Positions 8,966 to 18,654 of a DNA stretch of 64,000 bases are shown in pieces. The notes beneath the pieces were generated by a model. It was not told where the DNA came from. It saw only the letters and a program-made list of their open reading frames with translations, and made no database searches. This DNA is from Candidatus Falkowbacteria bacterium (GTDB lineage: Bacteria > Patescibacteriota > Patescibacteriia > Patescibacteriales > UBA12465). Position 1 is the stretch's first letter; the number at the start of each line of letters is the position of its first letter. A program made the position numbers and the translations under genes. The DNA lies in NCBI GenBank assembly GCA_037137655.1, contig JBAXJX010000001.1, positions 417,624-481,623 of the forward strand, given 5' to 3'.

Positions 8966-9445
8966 CTATAATTTTCTTTTCCAAAATTTACTTTGAACAC
9001 ATATTAGCACGCCGAAAGTTAACGCTTTAGTGTTTTTAAAATCAGTCCCGACTTCGGAAAATAAAAAGCAAGCCACGTCACCCGCCTTAATCATTTTTTC
9101 CAAACCGATTCCCAGATAATCTTGCTTAGAGTTTAAAGATTTGGAGTATACAAAATAAGTATCCCAATCTTTCGGTAAAAAATAACCGGACAAAAAGCTG
9201 CAAGAGTTATTACCGAAACCATACATTAAATTATGGTATGTTTTAGGTGTCACAATCGTAACATTGGCCAGTAAACAATAACTAAGTGAGAATGGTTGTA
9301 TTGCACTTGAAAAATCGCTCGTAGCTGATGTTCCGACTACCATACCACCACCGACACTTTGAAATAGTTTAGTAGAATCACTTTGAGCATTAGCTAGAAT
9401 ACTAGCACTTAAAGCTAAAATTAGAATTACTATCTTTCCTTTCAT
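8966..9445 (-). CDS. Secreted hypothetical protein, beta-strand rich
   Basis: Signal peptide MKGKIVILILALSASILANA-Q; SD-like AGAGGA upstream. Confidence 0.7.
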   Translation of the reverse strand: MKGKIVILILALSASILANAQSDSTKLFQSVGGGMVVGTSATSDFSSAIQPFSLSYCLLANVTIVTPKTYHNLMYGFGNNSCSFLSGYFLPKDWDTYFVYSKSLNSKQDYLGIGLEKMIKAGDVACFLFSEVGTDFKNTKALTFGVLICVQSKFWKRKL

Positions 9446-9587
9446 TATTCCTCTATTTTTTGGTAAATAAAATTGTTAATTAACTGCCCTGAAGTTATCA
9501 CAAATATTAAAAGATGTCAATAACTAAATCCAATAAAAAAGCACCGACATATAACATATCAGTGCTTTAAGAAGCTAAAAAAAATTA

Positions 9588-10916
9588 TTATTTATCAAAT
9601 GTTTCGATTATATACTGCCTGGTCATATAAGCGGCTCCATTGTTTGGCGCTAAAATATTAAGCGCCGCTAGATAAGCGTTATTAACCGACAAAACAGTTA
9701 GAGTTGGCACATTACTGGGCATCGACAAGCTACTCCAAACATCATGTGGTGCTTCTTTCCAACTAGCTGGTACAGATATCACTGGCCAACTAGTGCGCGA
9801 AGCTAAAGTCGGTCCTAGACCATTACTTAATCCAACCAAAGCGATAATAACACCGCCTTGTGGGTAAGATGCTAAGACCTGCTCTAGATCATCAATACAC
9901 ATTGCTGGTGATTTATGCCCCGAGCGAACAATTAAAACAATATCAACTCCCGGCACCTCAGTATATTTTGGCAAGGCGTCACCTTCAGATCCGCGCCAAA
10001 AAACAATTACTTGTTTTGGCAAAGCAAATCTTTCCACCAGTTTTGCCACCAAAGCATACTTCTCGGAAATTTCTTCCATAGAAAAATTATCGCGGAAAAG
10101 TTGTTTGCTTAATTCTTTCCAATCAGCCGTTCTTAGTCGCCAAGAATCATTATCAATAACATCAGCCACCAAAAGATTACCATCAGCATCAATACCAAAT
10201 TCGATTTTAAAATCGATTAAGCGACAACCGAGTTGCGCCCAAGCATTTTCTAAAATTAAGAACACTTGGCGGGTAATTTTTTCAATTTCCGACAACTTAA
10301 TTCCAGTTGGCAAAACATCAGAATTCGCCACACTTAAACCTAGGTCCGATTTCGCATCCCAAGTAGGAATTTTTGGATTTTTTAGAGTCCAAGTTGAATC
10401 ATAAGGGTTAGCAATAAACGGATCATCTACCGGTTTATCATTATCAGATAAAACGTCATTTGACATCGACAACTCATTTCCTGATTTTCCAGAAAATTTT
10501 CCTTCGGTCGTTTTCAAGAATAATTCAAAAACTAATTTATGGAAACGATGTGGTGCTTGTCCTTCTCCGGTTTTCAAATTTGGAGATCTTTTTAAGCAAC
10601 TTCCGTCAGCATAACGGCGAATAATTACTTCGAGTGGAATCATGGCACATTTTGGCGCTAAAAATTCCGTCGGTGAAATCTGGCTCTCAAAAGCTACTGG
10701 AATACCAGCTTCTTTCAATAATTGAAAAACCATGCAAGTGGTGGCCGTGGCATATTCTGCTTTAGACGCCATTGTTTTCGTCAACGATTTGTCGTCGTTT
10801 TTAGTTATCTCATCTTTATTTTTCAAAATAACTGAATTTGGGCGACCAAGCACACTATGAATTTCCTTGGTTTTTCCATGAGAAATAATTTCTCCTTTTT
10901 CTATTTTTTCTGTCAT
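9588..10916 (-). CDS. purC: Bifunctional SAICAR synthetase / class II AIR carboxylase (PurC-PurE fusion, PAICS-like)
   Basis: GKTK, MIPLEVIIRR and LIDFKIEFG...ADVIDNDSWRL (PurC), followed by GSEGD, SGHK, GLSNGLGP and PVISVP (class II PurE). Confidence 0.85.
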   Translation of the reverse strand: MTEKIEKGEIISHGKTKEIHSVLGRPNSVILKNKDEITKNDDKSLTKTMASKAEYATATTCMVFQLLKEAGIPVAFESQISPTEFLAPKCAMIPLEVIIRRYADGSCLKRSPNLKTGEGQAPHRFHKLVFELFLKTTEGKFSGKSGNELSMSNDVLSDNDKPVDDPFIANPYDSTWTLKNPKIPTWDAKSDLGLSVANSDVLPTGIKLSEIEKITRQVFLILENAWAQLGCRLIDFKIEFGIDADGNLLVADVIDNDSWRLRTADWKELSKQLFRDNFSMEEISEKYALVAKLVERFALPKQVIVFWRGSEGDALPKYTEVPGVDIVLIVRSGHKSPAMCIDDLEQVLASYPQGGVIIALVGLSNGLGPTLASRTSWPVISVPASWKEAPHDVWSSLSMPSNVPTLTVLSVNNAYLAALNILAPNNGAAYMTRQYIIETFDK

Positions 10917-11008
10917 GATTAATTTATTTTTAAAAGTACAACAATAAAAACTTAACAAAATTAAACTAACATTTTTATTAATAAAAGTCAATCACTGTCT
11001 TTTCCAGC

Positions 11009-12889
11009 TTAATCAATTTCCGCACCAGCAAATTGACTATTATATAATGAGGCGTAAAAATCGTTGCGCGCTAATAATTCTTCGTGCTTCCCTTGCTCAA
11101 CGATACTACCATCACGCATCACCAAAATAAGATCGGCGTGTTTAATGGTGGAAAGGCGATGGGCGATAACAAAGCTCGTTTTCCCTTTCATGAGAATCTC
11201 CATCGCTTTTTGAATAAGTATTTCAGTGCGCGTATCAACCGAGCTAGTCGCCTCATCCAAAATAAGCATCGGCGTTTTAATTAACATGGCCCGCGCAATT
11301 GTTAGAAGTTGTTTTTCACCTTGGGAAATATTATTGGCTTCTTCATCCAATACCATCTTATAGCCATGCTGTAAGGAATGGACAAAGTGATCAACGTGAG
11401 CTGCTTTCGCCGCAGCAATCACTTCAGCTTCGGTCGCTTCTGGATGACCATAAGCCAAATTTTCCCGAATCGTACCTTTGAACAACCAAGTGTCTTGCAA
11501 AACCATTCCAAACATTTTACGAACATCAGCCCGTTTCATCGTTTTAATATCCACACCATCAACTTTTATCACACCACTGTTAAGTTCATAAAACCGCATT
11601 AGCAAGTTAACCATAGTGGTTTTACCAGCACCAGTCGGACCAACAATGGCCACGCGCTGACCGGCTTCTATCTTGGCTGTAAAATTATTAATAACAATTT
11701 TGTCTGGATTGTAACCGAAATTAACCTGCTCAAATTCCACCGCACCACGAACATTATTTAGAACTTTAGCATCAACCGCATCTGGTAATTCTTCCTCTTC
11801 CACTAAGAATTCAAAAACACGTTCCGCCGCGGCCGCTGTCGATTGGAGGACGCTGGCAATATTGGCAGTTTGAATAATTGGTTGATTAAACTGGCTGACA
11901 TACATAATAAACGCTTGAATATCACCAACACTAATTCGACCGGTGATGGCCAAAAAACCACCTAAAACAGTAACGCCGACATAACCAATATTTCCGACGA
12001 AATTAATAATCGGATAAAGTAGACCGGATAAAAATTGCGAATGCCAAGCGCTATCATACAACTCATTATTATGCTTGGAAAAAGTAGCAATAGATCGTGC
12101 TTGACCATTAAAAACCTTCATCACATTATGACCGCCATACATCTCCTCAATGTGACCATTAAGATGACCCAAGGTATCTTGCTGCATTTTAAAATAGCGT
12201 TGAGAATGCTTAATCACGAAACCAATCAAACCAAAACTTAGCGGCAAAGTAACAAGGGCTACCAAAGTCATTTGCCAACTGATCGACAACATCATCGCTA
12301 AGATACCGATAATCATGGTGACCGAGGTAATAATTTGGGTTAACGATTGATTTAAGGTTTGACTAACCGTATCAACATCGTTTGTAATTCGACTTAAGAT
12401 TTCACCATGAGTTGTACGATCAAAATATCGAAGTGGTAATTTAGCAATCTTGGCCGCAATATCACGCCGAAAACGGTAAGTAATCTTTTGCGTGACATTG
12501 GTCATAATCCAGCCTTGCAAATAACTAAACAAAGCACTTAGCAAATATAAAACAAGTAGTTCAATCGCAATAGTGCCAAGCTTTGAATAATTAAAGGCCG
12601 TGTGCCCCACAAAATCATTAACAATTTGCGTGGTCATTTGACCAAGGATTTTCGGACTAGCGATCACAAAAATTGTACTAGCCACAGCAAACACAACCAC
12701 CACTGTCAGTGATAGCCAAAATGGTTTAAGATACACACCTAATTGGCGCATAGTTTTTTTGAAGTTCTTCGGTTTTTGCACAATACCCATCATCCCCATT
12801 GGGTTACCGCGCCCCATCGGACTAATCCGCGGTGGCGTGGCGGCAGAATTTTGTTCGTTTACATTTGTAGTTTTATTTTGACTGCTCAT
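11009..12889 (-). CDS. Heterodimeric ABC multidrug exporter, consensus-site subunit (TM288/TmrA-like)
   Basis: TMD plus NBD; GPTGAGKT, ISQGEKQ, LILDEAT, IAHRL. Confidence 0.9.
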   Translation of the reverse strand: MSSQNKTTNVNEQNSAATPPRISPMGRGNPMGMMGIVQKPKNFKKTMRQLGVYLKPFWLSLTVVVVFAVASTIFVIASPKILGQMTTQIVNDFVGHTAFNYSKLGTIAIELLVLYLLSALFSYLQGWIMTNVTQKITYRFRRDIAAKIAKLPLRYFDRTTHGEILSRITNDVDTVSQTLNQSLTQIITSVTMIIGILAMMLSISWQMTLVALVTLPLSFGLIGFVIKHSQRYFKMQQDTLGHLNGHIEEMYGGHNVMKVFNGQARSIATFSKHNNELYDSAWHSQFLSGLLYPIINFVGNIGYVGVTVLGGFLAITGRISVGDIQAFIMYVSQFNQPIIQTANIASVLQSTAAAAERVFEFLVEEEELPDAVDAKVLNNVRGAVEFEQVNFGYNPDKIVINNFTAKIEAGQRVAIVGPTGAGKTTMVNLLMRFYELNSGVIKVDGVDIKTMKRADVRKMFGMVLQDTWLFKGTIRENLAYGHPEATEAEVIAAAKAAHVDHFVHSLQHGYKMVLDEEANNISQGEKQLLTIARAMLIKTPMLILDEATSSVDTRTEILIQKAMEILMKGKTSFVIAHRLSTIKHADLILVMRDGSIVEQGKHEELLARNDFYASLYNSQFAGAEID

Positions 12890-12894
12890 ATAAT

Positions 12895-14661
12895 CTATTT
12901 AATTACGGCCTGTTCTGGTGCGCCGGTATATTTATTTAACTCTTCTTCGGATAATTGCGATGAAGCAATTTCCCGATAAACTAAACATGATTTCAAAAGA
13001 TCACCGTGTGTTCCCTGGCCAACAATCCGACCTTCATCGAGTACAATAATTTTATCAGCACTCATAATAGTGCTAATTCGCTGGGCCACAATCAGCACAG
13101 TTTTATTTTTTGTCGCCACCTGTAAGGCTTGGCGCAATTTAGCATCGGTCGCAAAATCCAAAGAAGAAAAACTATCATCAAAAATATAAATTTCCGGTTT
13201 ACGCATAATTGCACGGGCAATTGATAAGCGCTGTTTCTGTCCGCCAGAAACATTTTTTCCACCCTGAGAAATTTCAGCACTATACTGTCCTGGTAACTCA
13301 TTTACAAAATCTTCTGCTTGCGCAATTTTCACCGCCTCTTTCATCTCATCATCCGTTGCGTGGGGTGCGCCATATTTTAGATTACTCTCAACCGTACCAG
13401 AAAAAAGAACCCCGCGTTGCGGCACGTAGCCAATTTTGGCATACAAATCTTCTAAGCGTATTTGACGAACATCAACGCCATCAATCTTAATGGTGCCGGC
13501 TGTAACATCGTAAAAACGCGGAATCAAATTAATCAAAGTTGATTTACCGCTACCAGTACTACCAATAAAGGCGGTCGTTTCTCCTGGTGTAGCGGTAAAT
13601 GAAATATCAGACAAGACTGGTGCTTCGGCTCCAAGGTAAGAAAAAGTCACGCTATCAAATTCAACTTTTCCACCTGTCAGTGCTGAAACGTCAACCGGTT
13701 GCTCAGGATCTTTAATTGTCGCTTCAATCGCCAAGACCTCAGCAATACGATCCAAAGAAACTGAGGCGCGTGGCACCATGATAAAAACCATCGTGATTAA
13801 CAAAAATGAAAATACAGCTTGCATGGCATACTGCATAAAAGCCAACATCTGACCGATTTGTAAATGACCTAAATCAACCAAATGTGCACCATACCAAATG
13901 ATGCCCAAACTGGTAATATTCATAATTAAAGTCATGACCGGTTGCATAATAATAAGTAGTCTATTAACAAACAAATTAATATCTGTTAATTCTACATTGG
14001 CCTGATCAAATTTTTTCTCCTCCAACGCCTCCCGATTAAAAGCGCGGATGACTCTTAGGCCGGTCAAAATTTCTCGACTAACCAAATTTAAACGATCCAC
14101 TAATTTTTGAATGAGTTTAAAGCGCGGGATAGCAATAGTAAAAAGAACAGCCACAATCGCCATTAAGACACCAACTGCCAAACCCATAATCCAGGCCATT
14201 GATGGTGCGTTATGATAAGCCTTAATAATCGCCCACACACCCATAAACGGCGCCATTAGAGCCATTCGCAACAACATCGTCATAACAGTCTGAATTTGTT
14301 GAACATCATTAGTGGTACGCGTAATAAGCGAAGCGGTCGAAAAAGTATTAAATTCATGCAAAGAAAAACTCTCCACTTTAGCAAAGGCAGCGGCGCGAAT
14401 ATCACGCGCAAAACCAGAAGCAATCCGTGAAGCCAAAAAACCAACCACAATACTCGCCCCGGCGGCGCCAAGCGCGAATAATAACATGATCCAACCATTT
14501 TGCCAGACAACATTCATGTTGTGCGCGATTATCCCTTTATTGATAATAGTGGCCATGTAATCCGGCAAGGCTAAAGTAGCCGCCACCATTAAATAGACCA
14601 TCAGTAATAACAAAAAAAACTGGGCTAGGTATGGGCGAAAATATTTTAAAAGTCGTTTCAT
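12895..14661 (-). CDS. Heterodimeric ABC multidrug exporter, degenerate-site subunit (TM287-like)
   Basis: GSTGSGKS, SGGQKQR, degenerate FDD Walker B and AQR switch. Confidence 0.9.
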   Translation of the reverse strand: MKRLLKYFRPYLAQFFLLLLMVYLMVAATLALPDYMATIINKGIIAHNMNVVWQNGWIMLLFALGAAGASIVVGFLASRIASGFARDIRAAAFAKVESFSLHEFNTFSTASLITRTTNDVQQIQTVMTMLLRMALMAPFMGVWAIIKAYHNAPSMAWIMGLAVGVLMAIVAVLFTIAIPRFKLIQKLVDRLNLVSREILTGLRVIRAFNREALEEKKFDQANVELTDINLFVNRLLIIMQPVMTLIMNITSLGIIWYGAHLVDLGHLQIGQMLAFMQYAMQAVFSFLLITMVFIMVPRASVSLDRIAEVLAIEATIKDPEQPVDVSALTGGKVEFDSVTFSYLGAEAPVLSDISFTATPGETTAFIGSTGSGKSTLINLIPRFYDVTAGTIKIDGVDVRQIRLEDLYAKIGYVPQRGVLFSGTVESNLKYGAPHATDDEMKEAVKIAQAEDFVNELPGQYSAEISQGGKNVSGGQKQRLSIARAIMRKPEIYIFDDSFSSLDFATDAKLRQALQVATKNKTVLIVAQRISTIMSADKIIVLDEGRIVGQGTHGDLLKSCLVYREIASSQLSEEELNKYTGAPEQAVIK

Positions 14662-14665
14662 ATAA

Positions 14666-16228
14666 TTATTGTGCTCCCAAAACTAAAATAAAATCAGCTG
14701 GTGGGATAATAGGTTTATTAGTTGTAAGCTTAGTGCTTGTCGCAGCAGTGGTTGTGGCCAAAGTGGTTGTAGTCTTAGTGCTTGTCGCTGTTGTCGTAGT
14801 ACTAACCTCTACTGTCGTAGTCGCCATTAACCAGTCCGGCAAATTAGTAACAACACTGGCATTAGCGGCCACTTTCAAAACCGCGGCGACCTCGGGCTTA
14901 GCACTCGTTAAATCGTAAATTAAATTTAAACCTAAATTTTCTTGCTTAGCATTATCAACTCCAACAATAATAAAACCTAACGACCGTAATCGCTTAGCCA
15001 TTTGCGCACCCAAACCATCAATGTGGGTACCATTTTTTATTTCAATGCTAGTGCCGGCGATCGCCTCAATTGTGCTCGTACTTAAATTTAAAGTGCTGGT
15101 GGAAAAATTACCTAAGATAGTACTACTAGCTGTTCTTTCGATTCTATCTAGCGGCACAACTATACTGTCGCCCAGCAATGGTTTACTTGGAGTTCCAAAA
15201 ACATTGGCGATAGCTTCTTGCATACCAGAAAAATTACCAGATTTAGGCAGAAGAATAAAGGCACCTTCCTGACTAACGGCATTACGCAAATAACTATCCG
15301 GCGCATCACTAAATGACACATTTTTAATACTGGTGTGTGGCGTATCTTTAAACAAATTCCACAACCTAATCATTTCTAAAATACTGACATTAGTTTTAAC
15401 ATGTTGACTGAGTTGAGAACTAACCTGAGTCAAAACCACCGGATTTAATAAATTACTTTTATTTAACAATTTATCCTTAACCGCTTCAATCACTTTTTGT
15501 TGACGCTTAGACCTCGCAAAATCTGTCCCTTCAACCCCGGTCGCATGGCGACTACGAGCATATTCTAAAGCCAATTCCCCATTCATAGATTGTAAACCTT
15601 TATCCAAATGCAAATGTTTAAAGCGCGCCGCATAATTCGGATTATTTTCTTGACCCAAAATTGGATAAGCATAATCATCAAGCGTATTATCAACCGTCAC
15701 GTCAACGCCACCCAATTCGTTAATGACGTTAACAAAACCGGAAAAATCCATGAGTGCATAATAATTGATCGGGATATTAAAAATCTTTCCGACAGCTTGC
15801 GCGGTAGCTAGACCACTGTCGCCACCGTTTGATTTGGCATAAGCATTAATACTATTAATTTTTTGCCACGTGCTACCACCGTCAATCGGCACGATTAAGT
15901 CGCGCGGAATGGAAAATAAAGCTACTTCTTTCGTTGAGGGTTTGAAGCTCGCTAAAATTATAGTGTCAGTTAAATAGGCGCCATCGTGTCCGTCGCCACC
16001 CATGCCAAGCAACAAAATATTAATACGGTCTTGATCTTCACCTTGCAGCTTTTTCTCCACGCCCGGCAGATTGGCTAAAAAACCAGAAGCCGAAAACCAC
16101 CCACGCGCCACACCAATAATAAACAAAGAAATTATAAGACCAACAGCCAAAAAACCGATAATATAAAATTTTCGGCGCTGTGTTACTTTTTTATTTTCAA
16201 AATCAATTCTGTTCATAATTTGTTTCAT
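14666..16228 (-). CDS. LCP (LytR-CpsA-Psr) family protein with LytR_C domain
   Basis: NILLLG, TDTIIL, SIPRD, YARSRH and DFARSKRQQ motifs; C-terminal IKNGTHIDGLG...FILVLG. Confidence 0.9.
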   Translation of the reverse strand: MKQIMNRIDFENKKVTQRRKFYIIGFLAVGLIISLFIIGVARGWFSASGFLANLPGVEKKLQGEDQDRINILLLGMGGDGHDGAYLTDTIILASFKPSTKEVALFSIPRDLIVPIDGGSTWQKINSINAYAKSNGGDSGLATAQAVGKIFNIPINYYALMDFSGFVNVINELGGVDVTVDNTLDDYAYPILGQENNPNYAARFKHLHLDKGLQSMNGELALEYARSRHATGVEGTDFARSKRQQKVIEAVKDKLLNKSNLLNPVVLTQVSSQLSQHVKTNVSILEMIRLWNLFKDTPHTSIKNVSFSDAPDSYLRNAVSQEGAFILLPKSGNFSGMQEAIANVFGTPSKPLLGDSIVVPLDRIERTASSTILGNFSTSTLNLSTSTIEAIAGTSIEIKNGTHIDGLGAQMAKRLRSLGFIIVGVDNAKQENLGLNLIYDLTSAKPEVAAVLKVAANASVVTNLPDWLMATTTVEVSTTTTATSTKTTTTLATTTAATSTKLTTNKPIIPPADFILVLGAQ

Positions 16229-16231
16229 CTT

Positions 16232-17368
16232 TTAATACGCACAATAAGCATTTCCTGCCAAGCTATTATTATACATTCCCTGGATTTCCGTCAAGTTTAA
16301 AGCCCGATTAGAAACAGCCACTTCGTCAACAAGGCCACTAAAATAAGTTGTTGCTAAATAACCAGGATAGGCATATCCCTTTCCGATTAAAAGCGAGTTA
16401 GCATTACCAATTGATTTTGCGGAGTAGGCGCCGGTATTTACCAGCACTGAATTTAAATACTGTTTAACATTGGAACCATCATAAGTGACAACAACATGAT
16501 TCCAGATGCCAGAGCCAAAAGCTATGGTAGTGCGCATATTAAGATAAGTGCCATCTGTCCATGATGCTTCAAAGCCAGAACTGTCAGCGCTTGTCGAAGT
16601 ATAAACACAAAAATTTCTCGAAGACGGCGGATAAACAGCTATAGCCTGACAAAATGGTGTCATATAATTAGGATCCGGATAAGAATTTACTTTAACCCAA
16701 AAAGAAAATGTAAATTGTGGATAACTAGTAATGAAATTGCCAAGATCCACATAATCATTAACACCATCAAAACTAAAAGCCTGGCCAACTTTACCGGGCG
16801 CAAATGTTGCGCCATTCATTAGCGTTCCATTGTTAAGGCTATGAGCATCATTAGCATTATTCTCTCCCCGCCAATAAGAAACCATGCCTAGACCAGAACA
16901 ACTAGCTAGCGTACAATCCGTTCCATCATTAATTCCGGCCGGTGTCGCACAATGTGCACCAGAAGTCAGTGCGCCAACCGAACCACCCACACAATACGAA
17001 ATGGAGTATGATGTGCCATTTTGTACTGGTAAATAATAATAAGCGCCATTATTAACACTAGTACATGGTCCGTCGGCTGGAGTTGGCGGCGTTGGAATTA
17101 TCGCCATGTAAGTTGTTGTGCCATTAATCGAAGTTGAATATAATGAACCGGAATTAAATTCATCCGCACTCGGATATCGCTGCTGATCATTAAAAAACAA
17201 TTCCAGTGCAGTCTGAGTTTGTTTCACGTCAGCCACACGCCGCGCGTCCCGCGCTTTTGCGCGAGCGTTTTGTAAGGCCACGACCGCGATGGTGGCTAAA
17301 ATGCCTATAATGGCAATAACAACGAGAAGCTCGATGAGAGTAAACGCACTTCTCTTTTTGTGAGGCAT
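16232..17368 (-). CDS. Type IV pilin-like protein with C-terminal LamG/concanavalin-like domain
   Basis: KKRSA|FTLIELLVVIAII N-methylation motif; GKVGQAFSFDG, WNHVVVTYDG and FSGLVDEV LamG motifs. Confidence 0.9.
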   Translation of the reverse strand: MPHKKRSAFTLIELLVVIAIIGILATIAVVALQNARAKARDARRVADVKQTQTALELFFNDQQRYPSADEFNSGSLYSTSINGTTTYMAIIPTPPTPADGPCTSVNNGAYYYLPVQNGTSYSISYCVGGSVGALTSGAHCATPAGINDGTDCTLASCSGLGMVSYWRGENNANDAHSLNNGTLMNGATFAPGKVGQAFSFDGVNDYVDLGNFITSYPQFTFSFWVKVNSYPDPNYMTPFCQAIAVYPPSSRNFCVYTSTSADSSGFEASWTDGTYLNMRTTIAFGSGIWNHVVVTYDGSNVKQYLNSVLVNTGAYSAKSIGNANSLLIGKGYAYPGYLATTYFSGLVDEVAVSNRALNLTEIQGMYNNSLAGNAYCAY

Positions 17369-17424
17369 AAATAATTTTTTATTTATTAATATGTTTAAAT
17401 TATAGCATGATATAGAAATAAAAT

Positions 17425-17458
17425 AAAAAATCCTGAAACTATTTTAGTTTCAGGATTT
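17425..17458 (-). terminator. Intrinsic terminator
   Basis: AAATCCTGAAACT/AGTTTCAGGATTT hairpin. Confidence 0.75.
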
Positions 17459-17465
17459 AATTCTA

Positions 17466-17603
17466 TTAATCTACAGCCCGATAAGACCAAGTTCCATCTG
17501 CCTTAAAAGCATTTAAAACTTTACATACTTCATGTGCGTTAGCTGAATTGCCACAATTAATTTTAAACGATTGTTTCGTTGTGTCGTTATAAATTTCATG
17601 CAT
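17466..17603 (-). CDS. 45-aa hypothetical protein
   Basis: Manual translation MHEIYNDTTKQSFKINCGNSANAHEVCKVLNAFKADGTWSYRAVD*, followed directly by a terminator. Confidence 0.5.
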   Translation of the reverse strand: MHEIYNDTTKQSFKINCGNSANAHEVCKVLNAFKADGTWSYRAVD

Positions 17604-17679
17604 AAAATAAAAGTTTAATTGGTTTTCACAAAAAAAATGTACAATTTTAATCCATTTTAGTTTCAGGGTTTACTCTTTT

Positions 17680-18063
17680 TTAGTTAACCGGTACCAAGCA
17701 CACTTGTAAGCGATATTTTTTTCGGTCATCTTCACAGCTTAAAGAAATTCCAGTAAGAGCCTTGTTTGAATGCCAACCAAGCCTACCATCACCTGAACTA
17801 TCCCTCGCAGCAATCAAACTTTCCAAAGTCACAATAACAGCTTCTATCTTTTTCTCATGACCCTTATCACATCTTTTCTCCGCTTTAGTAATATCTTTCT
17901 TAACTTTCCCCTTAGCTTCATCACTACTTTTTGCTAAAACAAAAAAACGTTCATCAACTGGTACAATACCATCATCATCATAATAAGAAGATGCAAAATG
18001 AACGCACCACAATAAATCACCATCTTCATTAGCGCCGGTGGAAGCGATTACTTTTCTATTCAT
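17680..18063 (-). CDS. Hypothetical protein
   Basis: 127-aa ORF with its own promoter (TTGACA at 18137-18132) and boxA-like leader. Confidence 0.7.
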   Translation of the reverse strand: MNRKVIASTGANEDGDLLWCVHFASSYYDDDGIVPVDERFFVLAKSSDEAKGKVKKDITKAEKRCDKGHEKKIEAVIVTLESLIAARDSSGDGRLGWHSNKALTGISLSCEDDRKKYRLQVCLVPVN

Positions 18064-18072
18064 TTTATCTAT

Positions 18073-18137
18073 TTTTTAAAGTTCAACACTATATTTACTT
18101 AATAAAAAAGCATACAATATGCATGCTTTTTTGTCAA
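18073..18137 (-). promoter_or_regulatory. Stem-loop-containing sigma70 promoter plus boxA-like motif (paralog of 18577-18640)
   Basis: TTGACA-AAAAAGCATGCATATTG-TATGCT-TTTTT...TGAACTTTAAAAA. Confidence 0.7.
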
Positions 18138-18167
18138 TATGTGGCTTTAAAATTTAAAAGATAATAA

Positions 18168-18341
18168 CTAACGATTTAAAAAAGTTAAAAGATTATAAAC
18201 CAAAAACGCCGGCCAAACTAAAGCCTTTAAAAACCCAAGCACTCCAACCCAAAAACTGGTAGCATGACCAAGATAATAAACCGCGGCACCAATCATACCG
18301 AGACCGTAAACCGCTCCACCACAAGCATTTTTATTAGACAT
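18168..18341 (-). CDS. 57-aa conserved-type small membrane protein
   Basis: Manual translation MSNKNACGGAVYGLGMIGAAVYYLGHATSFWVGVLGFLKALVWPAFLVYNLLTFLNR*. Confidence 0.75.
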   Translation of the reverse strand: MSNKNACGGAVYGLGMIGAAVYYLGHATSFWVGVLGFLKALVWPAFLVYNLLTFLNR

Positions 18342-18413
18342 AAATAAATTTTATTATATAAAATCTTTATAATTAATTTAATTTTAGCAGAAAACTGGTA
18401 AATTTGCCACTTG

Positions 18414-18441
18414 TTGACATAGTTTGGTAATTTGCTATTAT
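18414..18441 (+). promoter_or_regulatory. Promoter of tRNA-Asn
   Basis: TTGACA-16nt-TATTAT with an extended TG. Confidence 0.65.
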
Positions 18442-18502
18442 ATTAGTAAGAATATTTCGCGAAATATTTTTTATTTTTGAAAACAAAATAAACACACATT
18501 AT

Positions 18503-18574
18503 TCCGAGGTAGCGCAGCGGTAGCGCAGTTGACTGTTAATCAATTGGTCGTGGGTTCGAATCCCACCCTCGGAG
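18503..18574 (+). tRNA. tRNA-Asn(GTT), CCA not encoded
   Basis: TCCGAGG/CCTCGGA acceptor, GTTGA-CTGTTAA-TCAAT anticodon arm, GTGGG-TTCGAAT-CCCAC T arm, discriminator G. Confidence 0.95.
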
Positions 18575-18576
18575 CA

Positions 18577-18640
18577 TTGACAAAAAAGCGTACTTATAGT
18601 ATGCTTTTTTTGTTAGTTAAATATTGTTGAACATTAAAAA
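18577..18640 (+). promoter_or_regulatory. Stem-loop-containing sigma70 promoter plus boxA-like motif; may also terminate the tRNA transcript
   Basis: TTGACA-17nt-TATGCT embedded in the AAAAAAGC...GCTTTTTT palindrome, then TGAACATTAAAAA. Confidence 0.7.
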
Positions 18641-18654
18641 TAGGAGATTAAAAA

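Noticed and set aside
1321-18640. GAAC-containing leader motif as a Gram-positive LexA box (GAAC-N4-GTTC)
   Set aside because: Only a half site, not palindromic, strictly sense-oriented, and several copies lack GAAC; a boxA-like RNA element fits better.
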